A stretch of DNA of 64,000 nucleotides from Rhodospirillaceae bacterium (GTDB taxonomy: Bacteria > Pseudomonadota > Alphaproteobacteria > Rhodospirillales > Rhodospirillaceae). The notes under the pieces are model-generated. The model searched no databases. It worked only from the letters and a program-made list of their open reading frames with translations, and was not told the origin of the DNA. This document shows, piece by piece, positions 41,920 through 51,318 of the stretch; the first letter of the stretch is position 1; every line of letters begins with the position of its first letter. The DNA is taken from contig JBJLGL010000014.1 in the NCBI GenBank assembly GCA_045564915.1, positions 7,691 to 71,690 of the forward strand, in the 5' to 3' direction. The position numbers and the translations under genes are program-made.

Positions 41920-42807
41920 ATGACCGTGAGCGACGATATGGACGGCAAGGTTTGTCTGATTACCGGGGCTGCTAGCGGTCTCGGCCGCATCGCCGCCAGA
42001 GAGCTGGCTAAGCTTGGCTCCCAGGTCATTCTAGTGGATATCGAAATCGAGGAAGGACGGCAAGCCCGGGATGAAATCGTCTCGCTTACTGGAAACAACG
42101 ATGTCGAATTTCAAGGCTGCGATATTTCATCGTTTGCTCAAGTGCGCCGATTGGCAGATGATGTGATGGCAAAATACCCGAGACTTGACGTTCTCATCAA
42201 TAACGCCGGCCTGACTCAGCCATTATACACTTTGAGTGATGATGGTTTTGAAACCCACATGGCGACGTGCCATTTAGGTCATTTTCTACTGACTCAGTTG
42301 TTGCTCGATAGACTCAAAAGCAGTGCGCTAGCCCGCATCATTCAGATTTCTTCCGATGCCCATAAGGCCGGACCAGGTTTAGATTGGAATGATATGAACT
42401 GCGAAAAGGTTTGGAAGGGCCGCAAAGCGTCAAAGCGTGGCGCGTTTGTCGCGTATCAGCGCGCTAAGCTGGCCATGGTCTTATACACCTATGAACTGGC
42501 TAAGCGTACAGAAGGTACGGGCGTAACGGTTAATGTGGTGTCACCAGGATATTTTGTTAGGACCAACGTTTACCGTCATATGCCCCGTTTTTTTAAGATG
42601 TGGATATGGTTGATCCGCCCTTTGCTTGCCGACCCCGAGAAAAGTGCCCAAACATATGTCTACCTTGCGACGTCACCCGAAGTGGAAGGCGTCAGCGGCA
42701 AATACTGGGAGTACTGTGCCCTCAAAGAAAGCTCTGACCACTCTCATGATGATGCTGAAATGCAGCGGCTTTGGGCGTGGAGCGAAAACGCAACGGGATT
42801 GGCGTAA
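41920..42807 (+). CDS. short-chain dehydrogenase/reductase (retinol-dehydrogenase-like)
   Basis: 295 aa with TGAASGLG, NNAG and YQRAK (YxxxK). Confidence 0.85.
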   Translation: MTVSDDMDGKVCLITGAASGLGRIAARELAKLGSQVILVDIEIEEGRQARDEIVSLTGNNDVEFQGCDISSFAQVRRLADDVMAKYPRLDVLINNAGLTQPLYTLSDDGFETHMATCHLGHFLLTQLLLDRLKSSALARIIQISSDAHKAGPGLDWNDMNCEKVWKGRKASKRGAFVAYQRAKLAMVLYTYELAKRTEGTGVTVNVVSPGYFVRTNVYRHMPRFFKMWIWLIRPLLADPEKSAQTYVYLATSPEVEGVSGKYWEYCALKESSDHSHDDAEMQRLWAWSENATGLA

Positions 42808-42814
42808 GTCTAAG

Positions 42815-42869
42815 GGTTAAATGATCCGTTAGCGCAATTCTGCGCAGAACTCTTGCAGACCATTGGCCA
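42815..42869. repeat. direct repeat copy A2
   Basis: Matches 36241-36295. The minus strand keeps only MANGLQEFCAELR* of the homologous ORF. Confidence 0.85.
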
Positions 42870-42922
42870 TTGTGAGACTTATTTATAGGGACAAGTTTGA
42901 GGACAAAAAACAAAAATGTTTC

Positions 42923-44488
42923 TTAGTCGGCAACGCGCACTAGCTCATAAAGAACAAATGAGCCTTCTGTACGATAATCACTAATGTTCGGACCTAACGC
43001 TGTAAGATTGGCTGCTTCATAGAGAAAAAGACCCTGGGCTTGCTCATGGCTATAGTCCATGATCTGACGAGTCAGCCTCTTACGACGTTCCATGTCTGGC
43101 TCGTCAAATGCTTCCTCAATCAACGGCATGATAGCTTGGTCGCAGTACCATGGCTTTGGCCAAAGACAAGATTGGGTGAGCATAGAACGCAGGGCATCGT
43201 AGTTGGGAGTGAAGTATCCAGAGGGGAAAGCAGATCCTGCCCAACCACCGTCTTGGAGGTTCCTTAGAAACTTTGGCCGAGTAAGCGTCAGAATTGTCAT
43301 CTCCACACCCACACGTGCCAGATCCGCAGCCACCTGCTGATGGATGTTTAAGGTTAGGGAGGACTCATTTGAGACTTCCATGACAAACGAAAAACCATCT
43401 CCATACCCGGCTTCGGCCAATAGCTGCCGTGCCATACCAGGATCATAGGGATAAGGCTCGATATTGGAGTTGTAGCCAACAGCGGAGCGCGGCGCAGGCT
43501 GGCTAGCAATAACGGTAAGCCCCTTGAATAACACGTCGATAATGACCTGCTTATTAACTGCGTAGTTGAGTGCACGCCGCACCTTAGGATCTTGAAAGCG
43601 GGAGTCCTTCACCGCATTAAAAATTATAGCAAAAGCAGCGGGGACACTGTTCTGCCGAATGCTTCCACCAAGCGCCTCGACTTCGGCGACGTTATCCGGA
43701 CTGATCTGGCTGGCGATATCAAAACGGCCTGATTTGAAACCAGTGAACCTAGCACTGGCGTCACGAGCTTCAAATAACTCTAAGCTTCGCATATGGGGCT
43801 GCCGCCAGGACGATTGCACAGCATCGAATTCGATGCGATCCACCCCCCAAGAGGTAATCTGGAACGGACCAGTACCGATTGGCCTAGAGGCAACTGCGTC
43901 GGAACCCCGCGCCCTCCAAGTCTGTGGCTCTGGAATCATCATCAAGCTGAGCTCGTAAGGCATAAATGGGCGCGGCCCGTTGGCTGTTACACGTACCGTA
44001 TGGGAGTCGATAGCTTCCGCAAAAACCAGATGTGATAGCTCACGCCCCAATAGGTCTGTGCGCCCAGTTGGGCTTTTGAGGTACGAGATTGTTTCGACAA
44101 CAGCATCTGCCTCGAACTTACGGCCATTGGAAAAGGTGACATCTTTACGCAACGTAAAAACCCAAGTACGCGCCGTCTCCTGTCGCCATTCGGTTGCCAA
44201 CCAGGGTTTTAGAGTACCGTCACTCGCAACCACGGTCAGCGGATCGAGCAGGGCTGACCATGTTCCGAGAAAATCAATCACTGCCGTGTGGGGATTGCTT
44301 TTATTCTGAGGAATACTGCTAAGAGCGACACGCAAAGTTTGCGTAGATCCAGGACTCGACACACCAATCAATGCGATCAAAAGACATGCCGCGCGCGCAA
44401 ATGCGACGGCAAGCCGGCACCTCTGTGATTTGATAACAGTCACGGACTTCGAGCTGGAGCCTCCAGGGGCAAGGATCTCAGGAGGCAT
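42923..44488 (-). CDS. ABC transporter substrate-binding protein, family 5, with no adjacent permease or ATPase
   Basis: 521 aa with a signal-like AACLLIALIGVSSPGST and family-5 SBP features. Confidence 0.75.
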   Translation of the reverse strand: MPPEILAPGGSSSKSVTVIKSQRCRLAVAFARAACLLIALIGVSSPGSTQTLRVALSSIPQNKSNPHTAVIDFLGTWSALLDPLTVVASDGTLKPWLATEWRQETARTWVFTLRKDVTFSNGRKFEADAVVETISYLKSPTGRTDLLGRELSHLVFAEAIDSHTVRVTANGPRPFMPYELSLMMIPEPQTWRARGSDAVASRPIGTGPFQITSWGVDRIEFDAVQSSWRQPHMRSLELFEARDASARFTGFKSGRFDIASQISPDNVAEVEALGGSIRQNSVPAAFAIIFNAVKDSRFQDPKVRRALNYAVNKQVIIDVLFKGLTVIASQPAPRSAVGYNSNIEPYPYDPGMARQLLAEAGYGDGFSFVMEVSNESSLTLNIHQQVAADLARVGVEMTILTLTRPKFLRNLQDGGWAGSAFPSGYFTPNYDALRSMLTQSCLWPKPWYCDQAIMPLIEEAFDEPDMERRKRLTRQIMDYSHEQAQGLFLYEAANLTALGPNISDYRTEGSFVLYELVRVAD

Positions 44489-45449
44489 GGTTTATGGGTG
44501 GTACCAGAGATGGTCCGCCACGCGCCTTCACTTCTTCTTCGTAGCTCTTTCTTTGAGCACTCTCCTGCTCAAGGCGCTCGCGAACGTCCTCAGACCAAGT
44601 TGTTGCGAACCCACCCGGGTACTTCTCAGTGTCATCTTTGCGTCCCTCCGCCGACCATATCAAAGGGATCAGCGGCCCTTGCGGTTTTTCACCAGGTATC
44701 ATTTCGTCAAGACTTATCCCGGCAATGTTGACGCACTCTGGACGGGGTTCCCATAAGATGTCGTCTCCAAACACTCGGATGGAAATAGCAATTCGCCAGT
44801 CATCTGTGGGGTTGCCTGAAGAATAGTGAAGACACCATGGATGGACAAGCAAAGCATCTCCTGGTTCCATATCCCACGTCATAAATCTGTAGTCAGGGTT
44901 GTTACGCACTTCTTCGCCGTCAGGCACGTTGAGACGGTCATCGGGCTTGATCATCTTCCGAGAATTAGCGGTCATGTTCCAATAGACGACGTCGTTTTTG
45001 TGAGTTCCAGCGATCACTTCTAAACAATTTTTTTTGACTATAGGGGTCAGCGGCATCCAAAAGGACGGTGCCATGGTGCCTCGGACAGGCCAGCCACCGC
45101 GGTCACTATGCCACACAGTCTTTGAGTCCGACTTGGGCGCCTTAGCAAAGAACTGGTCCAGGAAAAAACGAATTTCCTGTGACCTCATAACCTTGCCACA
45201 GGCCTCGCCCAAAGGAGAATTGAAGGCGAGTTCCCTGCACTCCGGGATTTTCCGTGCCAGCCAAACACCGGGGACGTTGGGAAGTAGACCAAAATCCTCC
45301 TTATCTACTATAACGCGCCTGGCTACGGGTAATAGAGTATCAATCCAATCTTGGCTAAACACCTGGCGCAAGCATACTGCACCATCGCGAGCATAGGTTG
45401 CGCGATCCTCGTCTGTGATATCCCTTATGGGATGTCGATTGAGTGTCAC
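44478..45449 (-). CDS. phytanoyl-CoA dioxygenase (PhyH) family Fe(II)/2-oxoglutarate oxygenase
   Basis: 323 aa with a GTG start. Contains a WHSD motif and a later H. The stop overlaps the SBP start by 11 nt. Confidence 0.65.
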   Translation of the reverse strand: MTLNRHPIRDITDEDRATYARDGAVCLRQVFSQDWIDTLLPVARRVIVDKEDFGLLPNVPGVWLARKIPECRELAFNSPLGEACGKVMRSQEIRFFLDQFFAKAPKSDSKTVWHSDRGGWPVRGTMAPSFWMPLTPIVKKNCLEVIAGTHKNDVVYWNMTANSRKMIKPDDRLNVPDGEEVRNNPDYRFMTWDMEPGDALLVHPWCLHYSSGNPTDDWRIAISIRVFGDDILWEPRPECVNIAGISLDEMIPGEKPQGPLIPLIWSAEGRKDDTEKYPGGFATTWSEDVRERLEQESAQRKSYEEEVKARGGPSLVPPINHAS

Positions 45450-45554
45450 TTTTCGTGCCTTCTTCTCTTCTTCTAATAACCTTTATTAGTTTCTTACCGA
45501 GATTGACCTAGAATATCATCGCTCACAGCTACTAGCGGAAGTCTGGCAATAAAA

Positions 45555-46250
45555 TTAATCATCATCATCCAACACATATCCAAACCCACGTACAGTGCGG
45601 ATGAGGTTTGGTTTGTTGTTGCCGCCCAGAGCCGTGCGTAGACGCTTGATATGAACATCGACCGTACGATCTTCAATATAAATGCCCGGCCCCCAAGCCA
45701 GATCAATAATTTGCCGTCTGGACAGCACCCGCCCTGGCCGCTCCATAAAGCTCTGGAGGAGGCGGAATTCCGTCGGTCCGAGACGCACAGCTTCACCACT
45801 GCGCCTGACTTTATGGGCTATCACATCAAGAACCACATCAGAAAATTCCAGCTTTTCTGCAACCCGCTCTGGTGAGGTGCGGCGCAACACTGCATTAATG
45901 CGAGCGATGAGCTCTCCAGAGGAATAAGGCTTCACCATGTAATCGTCTGCACCCACATCGAGGGCACGGATGCGATCGTCCTCTTCCCCTCTGGCTGTAA
46001 CCATGATGATCGGCAGGTTGTCCTTTTCTTTGCCTTTTCTGATCTGGCGACATATCTCAATGCCCGAGACCTCTGGCATCATCCAGTCCAGGATCAGGAA
46101 ATCAAGCTGTTGCTCTTCAATAAGCAGCAGGGCTTTTGCGCCATCTGCAGCAATACTCACATCAAATCCAGCCGCCTTGAGGTTGTACTTAAGAACTTCC
46201 GCTTGAGCTGGGTCATCTTCAGCAATCAGAATATTTATGTTTTCCCTCAC
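45555..46250 (-). CDS. phoB: phosphate regulon response regulator
   Basis: 231 aa with a receiver domain plus an OmpR-type winged helix, directly downstream of phoU. Confidence 0.9.
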   Translation of the reverse strand: MRENINILIAEDDPAQAEVLKYNLKAAGFDVSIAADGAKALLLIEEQQLDFLILDWMMPEVSGIEICRQIRKGKEKDNLPIIMVTARGEEDDRIRALDVGADDYMVKPYSSGELIARINAVLRRTSPERVAEKLEFSDVVLDVIAHKVRRSGEAVRLGPTEFRLLQSFMERPGRVLSRRQIIDLAWGPGIYIEDRTVDVHIKRLRTALGGNNKPNLIRTVRGFGYVLDDDD

Positions 46251-46978
46251 GAAGTACCCTTACCCCCGTCATCTTCTAGAAGAATTGCCGTGGACATGTC
46301 ATCCTTTGGCCTATCGTCTTCTAGAACATTACCTTCGAGCATGTAGATAACCTTCTCAGCAACATTTGTGGTGTGATCGCCGATACGCTCCACATTCTTT
46401 GCAATAAAAACCAAATGAGTACAAAGCGAGATTTGGGTCGGGTCAGCGGCCATGGTCTCCATAAAATCTCGAAATAAACTAGTGTACATGCGATCGACGT
46501 CCACATCCCGTTGAATCACCGCATTTGCCAAACCAGCATTACGATTAGAATAAGCGTCTAGCACATCACTGATCATATCCTGTACCATCTCTCCCATATG
46601 TTTGATGGACTGAGTTGCTGAGGCTAGCAGAGGCGCACGGGTCAAAGTCACAGCACGTTTGGCGATGTTCTTTGCGTAGTCGCCCATGCGCTCCAGATTG
46701 GCGGACAACTTTAAAGCCACGAGAACAATCCGTAGATCCTGCGCCATAGGCTGACGTAAGGCTAACATCTCAGTGGCATAAGTATCGATTTGGTGCTCGT
46801 AGTCATCAACCACTTTATCTTGTGCAATCACCTTTTCAGCCGCCTCGGGATCAAGACGAACGAGCGCATCCAATGCGGCGGCCAATTGGCTTTCGACCAG
46901 TCCGCCCATTTCGCTGATCAGCCTATCCAATTCTCTTAGGTCTTTATCATAGGCAGAAACAATATGTCCTTCGTTCAT
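46247..46978 (-). CDS. phoU: phosphate signalling complex protein PhoU
   Basis: 243 aa with two PhoU repeats (ERMGDYAKNIA / ERIGDHTTNVA). Confidence 0.9.
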   Translation of the reverse strand: MNEGHIVSAYDKDLRELDRLISEMGGLVESQLAAALDALVRLDPEAAEKVIAQDKVVDDYEHQIDTYATEMLALRQPMAQDLRIVLVALKLSANLERMGDYAKNIAKRAVTLTRAPLLASATQSIKHMGEMVQDMISDVLDAYSNRNAGLANAVIQRDVDVDRMYTSLFRDFMETMAADPTQISLCTHLVFIAKNVERIGDHTTNVAEKVIYMLEGNVLEDDRPKDDMSTAILLEDDGGKGTS

Positions 46979-46993
46979 TGATCTACTCCCTAC

Positions 46994-47824
46994 CTATCCA
47001 ATGGACCCAGTCACATAGGCGCGCGTGCGCTCATCGGACGGATTGGTGAAGATGATTCTCGCCTCATTTTCCTCGACAAGTTCACCAAGGTGGAAAAAGG
47101 CCGTGCGCTGAGAGACCCGCGCCGCCTGCTGCATGGAATGGGTAACAATAATGATGGTATATTTTGTCTTGAGGTCATCAATCAGCCCCTCAATGCGAGC
47201 CGTGGCAATGGGATCGAGGGCTGAACACGGCTCATCCATCAAGATCACATCAGGCTCAACAGCAATGGCACGGGCAATACAGAGCCGCTGCTGTTGACCA
47301 CCCGATAACCCTGTGGCTGGAGCATCGAGTCGATCCTTCACTTCCTCCCATAGTCCAGCCCGAACTAAACTGCCCTCAATGATTTCTTCTAGCGCATCAC
47401 CCTTCTTTGCCAAACCGTGGATGCGGGGGCCATAAGCAACATTCTCATAAATCGATTTAGGGAACGGGTTTGGTTTTTGGAATACCATGCCGATACGACG
47501 CCGGAGAACTACGGAATCAATATCTGGTCCGTATATATCTTCGCCATCAAGCGTAATTTTCCCGGTTACCTTACAACCCTCAATCAGATCATTCATACGA
47601 TTGAGGCAGCGAAGGAATGTGGTCTTGCCGCAACCGGAAGGACCAATCAGGGCGGTGACCGCTTTGGCATACACGTCAAGGTTTACACCTTTAATAGCAG
47701 ACCTACCGCTGTAAGAAACATTGACGCCCGTAGCTTCAATCCGTTTGTGGCTTGCCTCTAAACTGCCTACCCCTTCATCTTTGCCGGTAGCTGCCCATTT
47801 CTCTGTGAGTGCTGTTTTTAGCAT
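46994..47824 (-). CDS. pstB: phosphate ABC transporter ATP-binding protein
   Basis: 276 aa with GPSGCGKTT and LSGGQQQR. Confidence 0.95.
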   Translation of the reverse strand: MLKTALTEKWAATGKDEGVGSLEASHKRIEATGVNVSYSGRSAIKGVNLDVYAKAVTALIGPSGCGKTTFLRCLNRMNDLIEGCKVTGKITLDGEDIYGPDIDSVVLRRRIGMVFQKPNPFPKSIYENVAYGPRIHGLAKKGDALEEIIEGSLVRAGLWEEVKDRLDAPATGLSGGQQQRLCIARAIAVEPDVILMDEPCSALDPIATARIEGLIDDLKTKYTIIIVTHSMQQAARVSQRTAFFHLGELVEENEARIIFTNPSDERTRAYVTGSIG

Positions 47825-49110
47825 TATTTTTCAACTTTCTGGCGGATTATAACAGCTAGCAGATTCATCATCAGCAAGAAAGCTAGCAGGACAATAATGG
47901 CGCCGGCTGTCTTTTCTGCAAAGGCCCGTTCCGGACTGTCGGCCCACAAGTAGACCTGTACAGGCAAAACCGTAGCTGGCTGTGTAAGAGACGCTGGCGG
48001 GTCGGCAATAAAAGCCACCATACCAATCATCAAGAGCGGCGCTGTCTCGCCAAGAGCACGGGCCATACCTATAATTATCCCGGTCAGAATTCCGGGCAAG
48101 GCTAGGGGCACAACATGGTGAAAGACGGTTTGAACATGACTAGCACCGATGCCGAAGGCAGCTTCACGAATGGAAGGAGCCACAGCCTGCAATGCAGCAC
48201 GAGAACTGATGATAACAGTTGGTAGTGTCATCAAAGCGAGAACCATACCCCCCACCATAGATGCAGAGCGGGGCAAACCAAAAAAACTAAGGAAAATAGC
48301 TAGTCCCAAGAGGCCAAAAGTAATAGACGGTACGGCTGCCAAATTGTTGATGTTGGTATTAATAAATTGCGTCCACCAGTTACGGGCCGCAAATTCTTCA
48401 AGATATATGGCGGCTAAGACGCCGACGAAACACGACAGCACCAAACATACGGTAAGGGTAAGAATCGATCCTACTATTGCTCCCCATACCCCGGCCACTT
48501 CAGGATCGCGTGAATCGCTGCTAGTCAAGAAAGTCCAATTGAATCGAGTCTTAATGCGACCCTCTTCGTCAAACATTGCAAACCACTGACGCTGTTTGTC
48601 GCTGAGCTTTGTCTGCTCATCTGGTATCTTCCCCCTCCCCCCTTTGGAATAGAGGTCCACATCATCAGATGCAGTTAGCCATAGACTAATAATCGAACCA
48701 ACCAATCCGGGCTCTGACAAGAGATGATCGCGCAGTTCAAATTCAGCTGCTGCTCCTAACAACTGATACAGTGCCCGGCTATCGCGCCGATTTAACTCTT
48801 CGGACACAGACGTACGCATGGCTGCACGCACGATGGAACGGTAACTAAGACTCAATAAATCGTCTTCTGAGAAACTCTCATCAAGAGAAAGCGCAGATGT
48901 TGTAAGATCAATGTCGATCTTGATCGCTGTCTGAAGAAAAGCACCATAGCCCGTAATTATGATAGAAAATAAAAAGAAAGCTAGAAACGATAGACTAGCA
49001 ATAATCGCAGCCAGGCCGAGACGACGAAAGCGCTCTTCAGCTCGGTGCCTCTTATTGACACCAGGAAAGGCATGACTGGATAGAAGAGACGCCATATTTC
49101 GGTCAGTCAT
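47824..49110 (-). CDS. pstA: phosphate ABC transporter permease PstA
   Basis: 428-aa multi-TM protein; second permease of the pst operon. Confidence 0.9.
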   Translation of the reverse strand: MTDRNMASLLSSHAFPGVNKRHRAEERFRRLGLAAIIASLSFLAFFLFSIIITGYGAFLQTAIKIDIDLTTSALSLDESFSEDDLLSLSYRSIVRAAMRTSVSEELNRRDSRALYQLLGAAAEFELRDHLLSEPGLVGSIISLWLTASDDVDLYSKGGRGKIPDEQTKLSDKQRQWFAMFDEEGRIKTRFNWTFLTSSDSRDPEVAGVWGAIVGSILTLTVCLVLSCFVGVLAAIYLEEFAARNWWTQFINTNINNLAAVPSITFGLLGLAIFLSFFGLPRSASMVGGMVLALMTLPTVIISSRAALQAVAPSIREAAFGIGASHVQTVFHHVVPLALPGILTGIIIGMARALGETAPLLMIGMVAFIADPPASLTQPATVLPVQVYLWADSPERAFAEKTAGAIIVLLAFLLMMNLLAVIIRQKVEK

Positions 49111-50050
49111 ATTGCTCTTTGAACCGGTTCACGATGGTACTTCCAATAACATTGAGAACAAGTGTGACGATAAACAACGTCAATCCCAGAGCAAAAGCAG
49201 CAAGTGTTTTGGTACTATCAAATTCTTGATCCCCGGTCAGCAATACTACAATCTGCACCGTGACTGTGGTCACCGCATTCAAAGGATTAAATGTCAGATT
49301 GGCAACTAATCCAGCCGCCATGACAACAATCATAGTCTCTCCCACGGCCCGGGAAATGGCTAGCAGAATACCCCCAGCGATGCCCGGCAACGCTGCTGGC
49401 AGAACCACTTTTCGGATAGTTTCAGACTTGGTAGCGCCCAGTCCGCGGGATCCTTCACGCAAGGTGTCAGGTACTGCATTGATGATATCGTCCGACAGTG
49501 AGGAGATCAGCGGAATAATCATTACGCCCATAACAAGACCTGCAGCAAGCGCACTCTCGTAAGCCACTTCCAAACCAATGCGTGTGCCTAGTTTGCTAAG
49601 AGCTGGTGCAATTACAATGGCAGCAAAAAATCCATACACTACGGTCGGAATACCAGCGAGAATCTCGATCAAAGGTTTAACATAAGATCGCACACCATCA
49701 CCGGCGTACTCGGCTAAATAGATTGCTGAGAAGATACCCAAAGGTGCACTCACAAATAATGCTACTGTACTGATGAGAGCCGTGCCCACAAATAAAGGTA
49801 CAGCACCAAAACGGCCCGAGGCGCCTACTTGATCTTCCCTCAAAGCAGTTTGCGGACTCCACTCCAGCCCAAACAGAAATTCAGGAATGGAGACTGATTG
49901 GAAGAACCTAAGCGCTTCAAAGATAAGAGAAGCTACAATTCCAAGTGTTACAAAAATCGCAACTGCCGAGCAACTTAACAGGATCGACCTGATGAGCCGC
50001 TCGGTCAGCAATTGCCGTGGATGTCTCAAGGTGAGTGTATGGTTTGCCAT
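49103..50050 (-). CDS. pstC: phosphate ABC transporter permease PstC
   Basis: 315-aa multi-TM protein; first permease after pstS. Confidence 0.9.
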   Translation of the reverse strand: MANHTLTLRHPRQLLTERLIRSILLSCSAVAIFVTLGIVASLIFEALRFFQSVSIPEFLFGLEWSPQTALREDQVGASGRFGAVPLFVGTALISTVALFVSAPLGIFSAIYLAEYAGDGVRSYVKPLIEILAGIPTVVYGFFAAIVIAPALSKLGTRIGLEVAYESALAAGLVMGVMIIPLISSLSDDIINAVPDTLREGSRGLGATKSETIRKVVLPAALPGIAGGILLAISRAVGETMIVVMAAGLVANLTFNPLNAVTTVTVQIVVLLTGDQEFDSTKTLAAFALGLTLFIVTLVLNVIGSTIVNRFKEQYD

Positions 50051-50088
50051 ATTTTTTGGGTATGAGACTATCTATAGGTTTCTTATTA

Positions 50089-51150
50089 TCAGCTCATTGA
50101 ACTAAAGCTGAGCACTTTACTCACCCAGTCCTTACGCTCTTCACCACCCATGGGAATTAGACCACGATCCCCAAGATAGCCATCCTCACCTGAGGCATCA
50201 TCAGAAATAAATTCCATAACGAATTCGCGCAAGCCAGGAATGGCATCTAGATGCGCTTTCTTGACATAGAAAAAAAGAGGCCTAGCAACAGCGTAGACTC
50301 CATCAGCGATATTCTCAAAAGTGGCGTCAGACCCATTTATGATACTGGCCTGAACTTTGTCCATGTTCTGATCAAGAAAGCTATACCCAAAGATACCGAG
50401 TGCGTTTTTATTAGCATCGAGTTTCTGAATGATCAGGTTATCATTCTCTCCAGCTTCAATAAAAGCGCCATCTTCACGCATGCTATGGCATATTGCTTGG
50501 TAACGTTTCTTATCGGATTTTTTCACGTCACTGATCCAGTCAAAGCTCTTACAACCTGACTCCATGGCCAGTTCGGCCCAAGCATCGCGTGTGCCAGATG
50601 TTGGCGGTGGCCCGAGCACTTCAATCTTGGTGTCAGGAAGCAATGGATTCACATCCCTCCATGTTTTGGAGGTATTGGGGATCAGACTGCCGTTCCCGGA
50701 GGGAACATCCTTAGCCAAAGCCAGAAAGATGTCGCGCGTAGAGAGATTGTATCTTGTTGCATTGCGAGAATTAGCAAGAACAATGCCATCATACCCGATT
50801 TTAACTTCAACAATATCGGTCACGCCATTTTTGTCGCAGAGTTTAATCTCTGAAGATTTAATAGCCCGAGATGCGTTGGATACGTCAGGTGTCCCTTCAC
50901 CAAGACCCGAGCAAAACAGCTTAAGACCGCCACCAGTGCCCGTGCTCTCAATAACTGGCGTCTTGTAATTCGTGATCCGGCCGAACCGTTCAGCCACAAC
51001 GGTTGAGAAGGGATAGACAGTAGAGGATCCAACTACACGGACCTCGTCTCGCGCCAATGTGGTTTGTGCTGTCGTAGTTAATCCCAGCGCTGCCGTCACT
51101 ATAAGTGTTGAGAAAGTCACTATTTTCATTTCTTTACCCTTGAAAATCAT
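50089..51150 (-). CDS. pstS: phosphate-binding protein PstS (start possibly the Met at 51129)
   Basis: Signal peptide MKIVTFSTLIVTAALGLTTTAQT followed by VVGSSTVYPF. Confidence 0.85.
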   Translation of the reverse strand: MIFKGKEMKIVTFSTLIVTAALGLTTTAQTTLARDEVRVVGSSTVYPFSTVVAERFGRITNYKTPVIESTGTGGGLKLFCSGLGEGTPDVSNASRAIKSSEIKLCDKNGVTDIVEVKIGYDGIVLANSRNATRYNLSTRDIFLALAKDVPSGNGSLIPNTSKTWRDVNPLLPDTKIEVLGPPPTSGTRDAWAELAMESGCKSFDWISDVKKSDKKRYQAICHSMREDGAFIEAGENDNLIIQKLDANKNALGIFGYSFLDQNMDKVQASIINGSDATFENIADGVYAVARPLFFYVKKAHLDAIPGLREFVMEFISDDASGEDGYLGDRGLIPMGGEERKDWVSKVLSFSSMS

Positions 51151-51249
51151 CTTCGCGAATGGGCGTATCCCGTCCGCTCCAACATGCTCTATAGGGCCTA
51201 TCCAAGACGGCTTGTTTACAGTTGGGTTAAGTTTTTATGACGAAGTTTT

Positions 51250-51267
51250 GTTACAGTAATATGACAG
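51250..51267 (-). promoter_or_regulatory. Pho box upstream of pstS
   Basis: The minus strand reads CTGTCAT-atta-CTGTAAC, about 100 nt upstream of the pstS start. Confidence 0.6.
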
Positions 51268-51318
51268 ATTAGGAAAAACTAAATTGAAGCATCAGACCTA
51301 AGGATTGTTAGCCAGGGA

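Noticed and set aside
42808-42922. A third, partial tRNA-Ser 3' fragment expected at the right end of the second island (attR).
   Set aside because: The only resemblance (gggttaaatgatcc versus gggttcgaatccc) is too weak. The boundary is instead marked by the 55-bp repeat.
27330-45554. I searched the accessory region for integrase, transposase, phage or toxin-antitoxin genes that would explain the repeats.
   Set aside because: No ORF on either strand shows recombinase-like motifs by eye. The islands therefore cannot be called a mobile element from this window alone.
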